DNA from: Malassezia furfur
Lineage: Eukaryota
Assembly (NCBI GenBank): GCA_052055015.1
Contig: JBQJIT010000011.1
Reading direction: 5' to 3' (one strand)
Length of the DNA: 64,000 bases
Shown: in pieces, positions 1-9,781 of the stretch
Position numbering within the stretch: the first letter of the stretch is position 1
Layout: every line of letters starts with the position of its first letter
Translations under genes and position numbers: made by a program
Notes under the pieces: generated by a model
What the model was told of the DNA's origin: nothing
Seen by the model: only the letters and a program-made list of their open reading frames with translations
The model's database searches: none

Positions 1-3000
1 TGCGCGCCGCGGCACACAAGCGCCGCACGCGCCGCCGCCCACGCCTGCGCGACATCGACGGCGGGCGCACCCGCCACGGGCGCCTCGGCGGCAAACAACG
101 CGCTGTGCAGGCGGTACACCTGGTCGATACGCGCGTCGTCGAGCGTGCGCTTCGACTTGCGCGGCGGTGGCGGCGGCGCGCCGTCGTCCTCCAGCACGTC
201 GTCATACACGGGGAAGAGGCGGCGCTGCTCGGCGAGGCGCGCCGCGTCGTCGTCTGCGTCGTCTTGCCCGCGGTAGGTATACAGCTGTGCGGCGGCCGCC
301 TCGGCGTCCTCGGCCTGGGCACGCTCGTGCGCCCAGACGGCGTAGAGCGACGCGTAGAGCGACATAACCTGTGCGCGGTCGGCCTCACCGTCCACATGCG
401 CAGCGTACGCACACGCCGCGAGTGACGCCACCAGCTCGTCGACGTTGCTGGCGGCGCACATAGGCACCGCTGCCGCGGCCGCCACCGTGGGGAACTGCGC
501 GGCAGCCGCCACGACCCCATGGGCACGTCGCGCCGGGCGCGCCGACAGGCACACGCCGAGACCGACGCGCGCCGCGTCGAGGGCCACTAGCACCGGCGCG
601 ACTAGATCCGCCTCGGCCGCATACTGCCGTGCGAGGCGCTGCGCAAATGACGCGAGCGACGCTTGCACGCCCTCGGCCTGGTCGACGGCGCGCTCGGCAC
701 GAGCGGCAAGCGACGCCAGCACGGCGTCAATGCGCGCGGGCGCCAGCACCTGCGTCGCAAACGCCACGAGCTCCGTGTGCAGTCGCGCCAGGCGCGCGGC
801 ATCGGGCGTGCGAGCGACGTGCGTGCGGCCCGCATGGGCGCGCTGCGCCAGGGCGCGCTGCAGCTCGGCGTGCAGTGTGTCGAGCACGGTGTTGTGCGCG
901 TTGCCGGTGAGCAACTGCTCGCGACTCGCCTCGATGGCGTGCGTACGCTCAAGATGGGCGACGCGCGATGCAGCATAGGCGCGCTGCGCATGGGCCTCGG
1001 CGACCGGGTCGAGCGGCACGCTGGGCACGTACAGCGCGAGGGTCTGCGTCGCAAGCGCAAGCCATGCCGTGCCGAGCGCGTGCAGCGATGTGCTGGCGGG
1101 CACCACCGCCGTACGCACCGCATCGAGCCAGCCACGCAGCGCGCCGGTGAGCGGCAGTGCGGCAGGCAGCGCCTCGGCGGCAGCGGCAAGCGCCTCGGCA
1201 AGCCGCTCGGCGTCGTGCGCCTTGGCCGCGGCCGCGAGGTCGTCGGCGAGCGCCTCAGCCTCGGGCGCCGCCGCCCGCACGGCGTCCGCAAGGCACAGCG
1301 TGAGCCAGGCGGCAAACGCAAGGAGCAGCGCCCGCAGCGACGCATCGCGCGGCGTCTCAACCGGCGCTGCAGCAATGCTTACGGCGGTGCGCAGCTCCGC
1401 CAGCTCGTCCACGTATGCGGGCCACGCAAAGAGCGACACGCGCTCCGTCTGCACCGCATCCGCGACCGTATGCAGCAAGGCGGCTCGCAGCAACGGCGCG
1501 ACGCCACCGTGGGGCCACAACGCATGCAGCGCGTGCGTACACGTTGTGGGCGCGTCAGAGACGGCTGCATGCGGCGCCCACCGCTGGAGCTGAGCGCCCA
1601 CGAGCGCCACCGGCGGAACGCCGTGCGCATTCGCGAGCGACAGCAGCGCCGTGAGCCGCGCGTCGCGGGGCGCATCCAAGGCGGGGTGCACCGTCAGCAT
1701 CCACAGCACCACGGGCACTGCCGCGGCCACCCATGCAAATGTGCGGGTGGGCGGCGGCGTGCCCAGCTCGGGTGCGAGCTGCATCGCGAGACGCGCCAGC
1801 TCGGACTGCTGCGCGTCGCTCCACGCGGGGTCCGCAAGGTAGAGCGTCGCGAGCAGCTCGACGGCGGTGCGTGCCCGCGCCGGGTCGCCGGCCGCGTGTG
1901 CTGCGCGCACCAGCGTTCCTAGCGCCGGCAGCACGCGCACCGGTACGGCTGGGAGCGTTCGTGCCCAGATGGCCTGCATCGCCGCGCCGCCCGTGCTTGT
2001 GCGCGGCGCCTGCATCGCCCGGAGCACGGCGTCGGCGCGTGCCGTATCCGCCGTACGCACGTCGCGCAGCGCCGCACGCACCGTGCGCAGCACCACATGC
2101 ACGAGCGAAAAGTCGGCATGCTCGGCGTGCGCCGCCTCAAAGAGGAAGTGCGCGGCGTCGAGCAATGTGCCGAGCGCCGCATGCGTCTCGGCATCGTCGA
2201 CGGGCGCACGCGTCGCACGCAGCACCAGCGCTGGCAGGGCGCCCAGCAGCGTCGGCAGGGCCGCGAGCAGCGGGTCGAGGTCAGCCGCCTGCCGCTTCGC
2301 CCGCGCCAGCACCGAGTCGCCCGCGCCGTCCAGTGCGTCGAGCGCGTGCTGCAGCAGCACCGCACGCACGCGCAGGGCAATCCGCGCCCCGATGTCGCCC
2401 GACGGAAGGTCGATGCGCCGGGCGTCGGGGGAGAGGAGCGTGTGGACGAGCGCAGGCGGATAGGCTGCCTCCACGAGCGCGGCGTCGCGCTCCGCCGTTG
2501 CATCGGATACACCGCGCAGCGCCGTTGTGACGCACGCTTGCTGCGCGGCATCGAGTGCCGGGCCCAGCGCGCGCATCGCACTCGGCGTGAGCGTCTGCGC
2601 TGCCAGCACCAGCGCGCGCGCCGCATCGCGGGGGAGCCAGTCCAATACGTGCGCTACCGGCGTCAGGGCGCCGTCCACGACGCGCGGCACGAGCGGCGCG
2701 ACATCTGCGGCGCTAGGCGCCGCCATGTCGACGCGACCGCGGCGCATCGCGTGCGCCTGCACGGCGGCGTGCATGACCGAGTCGCGCGCAAGCCACGGGG
2801 GACACCGAGCCATCGGCGCCAGTCGCTCGAGCTCCGGCGCGTCCAAAAACACCTCCAAGCCGCGGTTGCGCATTGCACGGCTCAGCTCGCCGTGCCGCGG
2901 GTCGACCGTCATAAACACACGGAAGTTGGCGTGCGCACGCAGCTCGGGAATCGCGCCGTCGACCATACCGCGCTCGCTCAGCATCAGCGTGCCGTGCGGC

Positions 3001-6000
3001 TCAAACAGCGAATTGAGGCGGTCGAGCACGCTCGCCGAGCACAGGTTCGCGTCCTCCAGCAGGAGCCAATGGCCCTGCTCTGCAGCGCGGACCAGCGGGC
3101 CATCGACCCAGGCAAACTGACCCGCCTGCGGTCGCGCTTCAACGAGGTCATGTGCGGCATGCAGCGCTGCGCGCTCAGAATCGGTCCATAGGTCGGCAGG
3201 GAGCGCCGCACACGTCGCAAGCGCCGTGCGCAGGTCGCCGTGCGCGAGGGCCGCATCGGCGGACGCCAGCGCCGCGACGATCTCTCCCGCGCCGGGCCCA
3301 CACGCCCGCCGGCGGTGCGCCGCACGCACCGCCACACGCACTGCTTCGGCATGCGCGTGCTGGGCATGCCGTGTATCGTGCTGCTCAAACGAGCCGAGCA
3401 AATCCATCGTGTCCGACGCACCACTCAGGCGCACCGTATCGAGCGGCGCGCCGCTCAGGTCCGCCAGCAGGTGCACAAACGCCGACTTGCCCGCGCCGGC
3501 CCCACCGACGACGATCGTCAGCCAACCAAGCCACACGGCATCCGCCGCAGCCTCAAGACACGCGAGCTGCGTCGGCGGCAACGCGAGCGACGCGGCACGC
3601 GCAGGCAGCGGCGTACGTCCGCGCGCAAGCCACGTGTGACCCAGCAGCGCATGCCGCGCGTCGAGCAGCGCACGCGGCGCATCCAAAAGCCGCGCAGCGT
3701 CGCCGGCACCCATATGCCGCACAAACAGCGCCGAGACACGCGCACGATCCTCGGGCGTGCGGAAGCGCCGTGCATACAGCGCCGCAAACGACGCCGCTGG
3801 GTCGTGCGCGGAGGGCGTGCCGAGGGGCGCCTGCATCAGCGTCAGCCAGCGGAGCAGGTCCCGCAAATTGAACTCCCAGGGCGCGCCGGCACTGCCCAGC
3901 TCGTGGCGCACGGTGGCCGACTGCAATGCATCGTTGAACGCGACCATCTTTGCGAGCGTCGCGTGTGGCACCGCGGGGAAGAGCTCGGTGCAGATGGCCA
4001 GGGCGTCCTCGGCATTCAGCTCCGCGACGTGCACCTTGGTGAAACGGTTGAGTAGCGATTTGGGGAGGCCCTTGCGTGCGCCGCCCTGGTGCTGGGGGTT
4101 CTGTGCGGCAAAGATGCGGAACGCGGGGTGCCGCGTGAACTCGCGCCCAATCTCGGGCACAAACACCGTCCCGCGGTGGTCCAAACACGCGTTCAGACCC
4201 TCCAGCACCGTCTGCGACGCCAGATTCATCTCGTCGAGCAGCACCCAGTGCCCCGCCTGCATCGCCTCGAGGAACGCCGCAGGGCGCCACGCAAACTCGC
4301 CAGGACGCCCACCCTCGACGGGCAGTTCGGCGCCAAACAAGTCGACGAGCTCGGTTTGCTCCGAGAGGTTGATGCGCGTGAGCACATGGCCGGTCATCGC
4401 CGCAAGGCTCGCGATCAGCGACGTCTTCCCCGCGCCGGGGCTGCCCTCGAGCAGCACGCTGCGCCGCGGCACTGCACATGCACGCAGCACACGCATCGCA
4501 TTCTCGGCCGTGGTCGGCGCACGCAGCGCGAAGGGCACATTCGCCGCCACGCCACGCGGCTCCTTGGCGAGGGCGTAGGGACCGACGTACAGATGCGTCG
4601 GCGTGTCGCGCACCTCGCACCACCCGTCGGTTGTGAGCTGTGCAGGCGCCACCAGACGCGCGGCCTTGGCCCAGCACCGCGCACGCAGCTGCGCCAGGCC
4701 CGCGGCTGACATCGCCGCAGTGCTCGGCAGTGCGCCGAGTCCGTCGATCACGACGAGCGCCGCGCCCTGCGCAAACGCATCCGGCGGCGTCAGAATGTGC
4801 GCCGAGTGCATTGCGCACACGAACGCGGCCCAGCTCAGCAAATCACGCACACCGAGGCCTGTGTGCTCCACGCCGCCGAGCTGGTGCGCAACAAACGCGA
4901 CAAACGCCAGCATCGGCTCGGTAAAAGCGCGCAGCTCAGGCGCGTCCACGGGCCACTGGGCCTCGAGGATCGCCGCGAGGTCGCCGTGTGCGTCGACCGC
5001 GGGCACGTAGATTTCGGTAAAGCGATTGCGGAGCGCAGGACTGAGCTCCTTCTTGCCGTAATCGCCGCCGGGATTCATGGTTGCGAGGATCTGGAAGCCG
5101 GGCACGGCAGCAATCGCCACATCGTCCACCTGCCCGGGCTTCTCGGCAAGGACTAGCGTGCGCTCTTTCTCCAAGACACTGTTCAGTCGCTCCAGCACCG
5201 AGTCGTCGGCGAGCGACACCTCGTCCAGCAGTATGTGGTCGCCGCGGCGCATCGCCTCAACGAGCGGGCCATCGGTCCACACAAACAGTGCCTGCGCCTG
5301 TGCGACGCGCTCGAGCGCCGTGTCGCGCGCCTCGGATGCGGGCAGAGCCAGGAGCGTCGCGTGCAACGTGTCCAACGGCACGTCGCGCACATCGTTGATG
5401 CCTGCCGCTGCCGCCGCCGAACGTGCATCGGCCGCGCGCGCCGCACGGTCGCGAATCGGGCGCTGACCACCCAGCAAATCCGCGCTGTCCGTGTTCTGGT
5501 GGCAGCTGAACGAGTGCAGCGGGCGCTCGTACGCCGCTGCGAGAATGTCGCACACGGACGTCTTGCCCGCGCCCGTCTCGCCGACGAGCAAGACGGGCTC
5601 GTTGTGAGCGAGCGCCACCGCCGCAAGGCACACGAGGCGCCGCATCGCCGCGGTCCACACAATGTGCTGCGCCTCGGCCGCGGATCGCAGCGCGCGGGCC
5701 CGCGCCTCGCCGATCTGCGCCACCACCGTCGAGTGGGCATCGAGCGTATAGAGGCGCTCGGGATCGATGCGCACGCGCATCACCTCCTCGATTACCGCCC
5801 GGACCGTGTCGCGGTCGCGCACGCTGCGTGCGCGCTCCGCGAGCAGCATGTAGCCCGTATCGGCGAGTTGCTCATAGCCGACGGCCTGCCTTGCGCCCCA
5901 GCGGAACAGGTCACGCAGCGTTGCGGCGTGCTTGTTCTCAAACACGCGCTCGGCCTGCCGGCGGCGCTGCAGCTCGGTGAACACGGCGACGATCTTGGCC

Positions 6001-9000
6001 GCATACGATGGCGCGATGCGGCACCGATGCGTCAGGATCGTCGCAAGCTCGGTCTCGGGCACGTCGTCAAAGTGGAGCTCGACGAAGCGGTTGCGCAGCG
6101 CGCGCGAGAGCATCTTGCGGCCCGCGTATGCCCCGGGCGGGTTCTGTGTGGCAAACAGCATAAAGTGGGGATGCGGACGCACAACTTCGCCCGTCTCAGG
6201 AAGGAGCAGCTCGCGGTTGTCGTCCAGCAGACGGTTGAGTGCCTCGAGAACGTCGGTCGGCGCAAGGTTCAGCTCGTCCAGCACGATCCAGTCGCCGCGT
6301 CGCAACGCGGTGACGAGCAGACCTTCTGTGTACACGAGGCGCCCCGCGGCATCCGATGCATACGCACCGAGGTACTCTTGCACATCCGTATGCTCGTGAT
6401 TGTTGATGCGCACGAACCGGTGGCCTGTGCGCCGCGCAAGGTACTCCACTGCGCTTGTCTTGCCCGCCGACGTCGGGCCTTGGATCAGCACGGGACTCTG
6501 GCGCGTGACGAGCGTGCGGGCGAGCGCTGCGAGCTTCGCCTCGACACTCGGTGTGAGGATGTACTCTTCCGCAGGGTCGAGCGGCAGCGGGCCCGTCTCG
6601 AGCCAGAACGCGCCGATCGGCACGTAGGTGTGCTCTGCCGAGGGCGCCGGCGGGCGGAACGACGGCGCAAGGCGCCGCCGGTCGCGTGCACGCGCCAACA
6701 GGTGCTGCTCGGTGGCGGCGTACAGCTTGTCGGCGCTCTTGGCGTCGAGCAGCATACCAAACGCCATCGTGACGCCCTCGGCAAGGCCACGGCGCAGACC
6801 GTATTGCGGCACGAGTGCCGCAGCAAACGTCAGGGCACGTGCGAGCGTGCGGATGGAGTAGTGCGGCCGCTCGTTGCACCCGTCCGCAAGCTCGTGCGCC
6901 TGTGCGTGCTTGCGCACCGCCGTGTACCACTCGGCCACGTCGAGGACCGCCGCACGGTCCCCAACGGACGCCTCGCCAATGTACTGCGCCACAATACTCA
7001 CGAGCGCCTCGCGGTCCGCATCGGGGCTCGGCACGTACAGCTCGGTGAAGCGCGCGCGGAACGCGGGCGGCAAGTCGCGCTTGCCCACGTCCGTCGCAGG
7101 GTTCATGCACGCAAACAGCCGAAAGTTGGGATGGCGCTCCACCGGCTCGAGGTCGCCGCGCTCGGTCAACACCACGCTGCTCTCTTTCGACTGGAGCAGC
7201 ATCGCGAGGCACTCGAGCGTCTCGGCTGCGGCGAGGTTGATCTCGTCGAGCAAAATCCAGTGGCCGTGGCGCAGTGCGTGCACCAGCGGCCCCTCGACAA
7301 ACGTAAACACAAAGTGGCGCTGCTTCCCGGCATGCACCGCCGCAAACGACGCGACGTCGGCGGCGAAGGCATCCCACTCGGCTGTCGTATCGGCGACGCG
7401 ACGCTTTTTGCGGGTCTCGCCATCGCCGCTCGTCGCCGCGGCGCGCGCCTCGGCGGCCATGCGTGCCGACTCGTGCCAGAGCTTGACGAGACGCGCCCAT
7501 TTGCTCTGCACGAGCGCCTTGCGCTCCGCCTCGAGGAACGCCGCGTTGCGCCGCTCGGAAAAGGTACGCGTGAACAGCGCCGTCCAACGGTTGTGCAATG
7601 CATGCGCGTGCGTCTTGGGATCGAGCGGTTTGTATGCGCCAAGCAGATCCGCACTCTCGGTCTGCTGGCTCATGTTGAGCGCCGTGAGCGGCGTGGCGTA
7701 CAGCGATGCAAGGTACTGCACCATCGACGTCTTGCCTGTGCCGGTCTCGCCGACCAGTAGCACAGGCTCGATGTGTCGCAATGCCTCGGCGACGCGCTCA
7801 AGCAGCGTCAGCGTCGGCTTCGTCAGAGCATACCGCGACGCAGACGGCGCGCGCGCCGCGCTGCCGGGCAGCGGCACGCGGCCCAGGCGGCACGCAGACG
7901 CCGTGCCCACCACCAGCTCGGGCACGCGCTGCTCAAGCGCCCAGCGCGCACGTTCCGGCGAGACATGCAGCGCCTCGGCGAGTGTAAGCAGCAGCGACTG
8001 TGTAAAGGGCGACAGCGATGTCGAGGCGACTGCCGCGTCGGGCAGCGCAGCAAAGAACAGGTCGCACGCGTCGAGGAACACGCTCTCTTGCACGAGCGGA
8101 TTCGCCAGCAGGCTCGCGGGGCGTTGCGCCTCAATGCGCGCACACCACTTGACCAGTTCACGGAGGGTGATGCGGCGCATGCCGCTCGGTGCATCCGGCG
8201 CACTCACCGCGTCAGCGACCGCGGCCCACCCGCGTACGACGCAAGCCAGCTCGCCAGGCGGCAGTGCACCCAGCGCAGGGAAGCGATGTGTGAGAATCGC
8301 ATCGACATCGGCGGGCGTTGGCGCCCCCAACACCACCTCGCCCCAATGCTCGCTTGTGAGGAACGGGTGGCGCCGCGAGCGTGTGGCAAATAGCGCAAAG
8401 CCCGGCGCGGCCTCTACGACACCGCGTGCGCCCAAGTCGAGCGCAGGGCGCGCGCCAATGGGTTTCGTAGGGCCAAGCGCGTCGAGAAGCGGCGCTAGCA
8501 CACTGAGCACGTCGCCGGACGCTTTGTCGATGTCCTCGAGCAGCACCCACACACCCTCGCGCACCGCGCGAGTAAGCGCGCCCTCAACCCACTCGAACGT
8601 GCCTGGCGTCGTGCTGCTTGACACAAAGGAGCCGAGAAGCTGCTTGCCATCCACGCCACTCTGGTCGCCTAGCTGGATGGTGAGCAGCGGCGGGCGATTT
8701 TGGGCGCCACGCAGACGCTGCGCCAGGTACGTGACAAAGTGTGTCTTCCCGCACGCCGCGGGACCCGTAATAAGCAGCGGGAGGCGCAGGCCGAGGTGCA
8801 GCGCTGCCTGTGCCAAGTGCGGCGCCAAACTCGGCGTCTCGACAAACGATGGGTCTGGTGCAGGGTGAGTTGCACACACGAGCACGCCGCCGAGCAGCAC
8901 GAGCGGTGGCGTGATGTTTACAGGCTCGAGGAAGAGCGGCGCCGCACCGTCGACCGGCCGTACGGGTGTGGCACATGCGTCCCACAGTGCGGCAATCCGC

Positions 9001-9656
9001 CGTGCTTCGTACACGGGCAGGAGCCGCACGTCGGGTGCGCACGCGAGCGGCGCGGCCTCATCCCCAATCCACTGCGTGACGAGCTCTTCGCGCTCCGAGA
9101 GCGCAAGGCGCTCGCGCAGCGCGTACACTTCGAGCGCCAGGAACCGTGTCGCGACGTCGGCATCCATGCTAGAGAAAGTGGCGTACAGTGTCGCACTCGT
9201 GCCCGGCACCGCAAGATCCGGCGCGGCGCGCAGCAGACGATACTGCGCGAGAAGGTCCAGCTCGACCTCGCTGGCCTCGCGCAGTGCTACATGCACCACC
9301 GGGAACAGCTCCTCAAAGGCGCCCAGGAGCTGCGACAGGGTATGTAGTGCGTGGGCGCGGTCGTGCACAAGCGCCCGCACAGCAAGCTCCAGCATCACTG
9401 TACGGAAAGCCAGGATAACATCCAGCGAGCCGCGTGCGAAATGCGCCGCAGCCTCATTGAGGAGCGCGGCGACGTCGCAGTCGCCACGCACGCATGCGTG
9501 GATGCGTGGCGCATGCTGCTCGTCTACACTTGCAGCTGCAGCATACGCACACGCGCGCAAGTCAATATGTGCCGTATATGCGTCTGCGAACGACGGCGAC
9601 GGCGCACGCGACGGCGACGGCGACGAGGCGCGTGCGTCCGGTGCCATGCTCGCCAT
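1..9656 (-). CDS. MDN1: Midasin/Rea1 AAA+ ATPase (60S biogenesis); partial, runs off the left edge
   Basis: Absent from the ORF track because no stop lies in the window. ATG at 9656 (MASMAPDARASSPS...). Repeated AAA modules with Walker A/B (GPAACGKT, GETGTGKT, GPTSAGKT, GETGAGKT, GSPGAGKT, GPARAGKS; W-x-L-L-D-E-x-N-L). The frame appears continuous to position 3 and no introns were seen. Confidence 0.95.
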   Translation of the reverse strand, partial: MASMAPDARASSPSPSRAPSPSFADAYTAHIDLRACAYAAAASVDEQHAPRIHACVRGDCDVAALLNEAAAHFARGSLDVILAFRTVMLELAVRALVHDRAHALHTLSQLLGAFEELFPVVHVALREASEVELDLLAQYRLLRAAPDLAVPGTSATLYATFSSMDADVATRFLALEVYALRERLALSEREELVTQWIGDEAAPLACAPDVRLLPVYEARRIAALWDACATPVRPVDGAAPLFLEPVNITPPLVLLGGVLVCATHPAPDPSFVETPSLAPHLAQAALHLGLRLPLLITGPAACGKTHFVTYLAQRLRGAQNRPPLLTIQLGDQSGVDGKQLLGSFVSSSTTPGTFEWVEGALTRAVREGVWVLLEDIDKASGDVLSVLAPLLDALGPTKPIGARPALDLGARGVVEAAPGFALFATRSRRHPFLTSEHWGEVVLGAPTPADVDAILTHRFPALGALPPGELACVVRGWAAVADAVSAPDAPSGMRRITLRELVKWCARIEAQRPASLLANPLVQESVFLDACDLFFAALPDAAVASTSLSPFTQSLLLTLAEALHVSPERARWALEQRVPELVVGTASACRLGRVPLPGSAARAPSASRYALTKPTLTLLERVAEALRHIEPVLLVGETGTGKTSMVQYLASLYATPLTALNMSQQTESADLLGAYKPLDPKTHAHALHNRWTALFTRTFSERRNAAFLEAERKALVQSKWARLVKLWHESARMAAEARAAATSGDGETRKKRRVADTTAEWDAFAADVASFAAVHAGKQRHFVFTFVEGPLVHALRHGHWILLDEINLAAAETLECLAMLLQSKESSVVLTERGDLEPVERHPNFRLFACMNPATDVGKRDLPPAFRARFTELYVPSPDADREALVSIVAQYIGEASVGDRAAVLDVAEWYTAVRKHAQAHELADGCNERPHYSIRTLARALTFAAALVPQYGLRRGLAEGVTMAFGMLLDAKSADKLYAATEQHLLARARDRRRLAPSFRPPAPSAEHTYVPIGAFWLETGPLPLDPAEEYILTPSVEAKLAALARTLVTRQSPVLIQGPTSAGKTSAVEYLARRTGHRFVRINNHEHTDVQEYLGAYASDAAGRLVYTEGLLVTALRRGDWIVLDELNLAPTDVLEALNRLLDDNRELLLPETGEVVRPHPHFMLFATQNPPGAYAGRKMLSRALRNRFVELHFDDVPETELATILTHRCRIAPSYAAKIVAVFTELQRRRQAERVFENKHAATLRDLFRWGARQAVGYEQLADTGYMLLAERARSVRDRDTVRAVIEEVMRVRIDPERLYTLDAHSTVVAQIGEARARALRSAAEAQHIVWTAAMRRLVCLAAVALAHNEPVLLVGETGAGKTSVCDILAAAYERPLHSFSCHQNTDSADLLGGQRPIRDRAARAADARSAAAAAGINDVRDVPLDTLHATLLALPASEARDTALERVAQAQALFVWTDGPLVEAMRRGDHILLDEVSLADDSVLERLNSVLEKERTLVLAEKPGQVDDVAIAAVPGFQILATMNPGGDYGKKELSPALRNRFTEIYVPAVDAHGDLAAILEAQWPVDAPELRAFTEPMLAFVAFVAHQLGGVEHTGLGVRDLLSWAAFVCAMHSAHILTPPDAFAQGAALVVIDGLGALPSTAAMSAAGLAQLRARCWAKAARLVAPAQLTTDGWCEVRDTPTHLYVGPYALAKEPRGVAANVPFALRAPTTAENAMRVLRACAVPRRSVLLEGSPGAGKTSLIASLAAMTGHVLTRINLSEQTELVDLFGAELPVEGGRPGEFAWRPAAFLEAMQAGHWVLLDEMNLASQTVLEGLNACLDHRGTVFVPEIGREFTRHPAFRIFAAQNPQHQGGARKGLPKSLLNRFTKVHVAELNAEDALAICTELFPAVPHATLAKMVAFNDALQSATVRHELGSAGAPWEFNLRDLLRWLTLMQAPLGTPSAHDPAASFAALYARRFRTPEDRARVSALFVRHMGAGDAARLLDAPRALLDARHALLGHTWLARGRTPLPARAASLALPPTQLACLEAAADAVWLGWLTIVVGGAGAGKSAFVHLLADLSGAPLDTVRLSGASDTMDLLGSFEQHDTRHAQHAHAEAVRVAVRAAHRRRACGPGAGEIVAALASADAALAHGDLRTALATCAALPADLWTDSERAALHAAHDLVEARPQAGQFAWVDGPLVRAAEQGHWLLLEDANLCSASVLDRLNSLFEPHGTLMLSERGMVDGAIPELRAHANFRVFMTVDPRHGELSRAMRNRGLEVFLDAPELERLAPMARCPPWLARDSVMHAAVQAHAMRRGRVDMAAPSAADVAPLVPRVVDGALTPVAHVLDWLPRDAARALVLAAQTLTPSAMRALGPALDAAQQACVTTALRGVSDATAERDAALVEAAYPPALVHTLLSPDARRIDLPSGDIGARIALRVRAVLLQHALDALDGAGDSVLARAKRQAADLDPLLAALPTLLGALPALVLRATRAPVDDAETHAALGTLLDAAHFLFEAAHAEHADFSLVHVVLRTVRAALRDVRTADTARADAVLRAMQAPRTSTGGAAMQAIWARTLPAVPVRVLPALGTLVRAAHAAGDPARARTAVELLATLYLADPAWSDAQQSELARLAMQLAPELGTPPPTRTFAWVAAAVPVVLWMLTVHPALDAPRDARLTALLSLANAHGVPPVALVGAQLQRWAPHAAVSDAPTTCTHALHALWPHGGVAPLLRAALLHTVADAVQTERVSLFAWPAYVDELAELRTAVSIAAAPVETPRDASLRALLLAFAAWLTLCLADAVRAAAPEAEALADDLAAAAKAHDAERLAEALAAAAEALPAALPLTGALRGWLDAVRTAVVPASTSLHALGTAWLALATQTLALYVPSVPLDPVAEAHAQRAYAASRVAHLERTHAIEASREQLLTGNAHNTVLDTLHAELQRALAQRAHAGRTHVARTPDAARLARLHTELVAFATQVLAPARIDAVLASLAARAERAVDQAEGVQASLASFAQRLARQYAAEADLVAPVLVALDAARVGLGVCLSARPARRAHGVVAAAAQFPTVAAAAAVPMCAASNVDELVASLAACAYAAHVDGEADRAQVMSLYASLYAVWAHERAQAEDAEAAAAQLYTYRGQDDADDDAARLAEQRRLFPVYDDVLEDDGAPPPPPRKSKRTLDDARIDQVYRLHSALFAAEAPVAGAPAVDVAQAWAAARAALVCRGA

Positions 9657-9781
9657 GGAAGACGCGGCCGACTTTTTTTTTGGCGGGCCTCCACGCGTGG
9701 CATGTGGAGGTGGCCGCTTGCACTCCGCGGTCACGGCGCGTGGACACGCACCGATCGGCTCGTGCGCCTGCGCCGTTCGCG

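Noticed and set aside
105..9347. Many plus-strand ORFs up to 841 aa
   Set aside because: These are shadow frames of the GC-rich midasin gene on the minus strand.
9494..9781. Upstream extensions in the ORF track (e.g. 9494, 36279, 43223, 52165, 57261)
   Set aside because: They overlap neighbouring genes or promoters, or use non-ATG starts. Conserved N-termini begin at the downstream ATGs.
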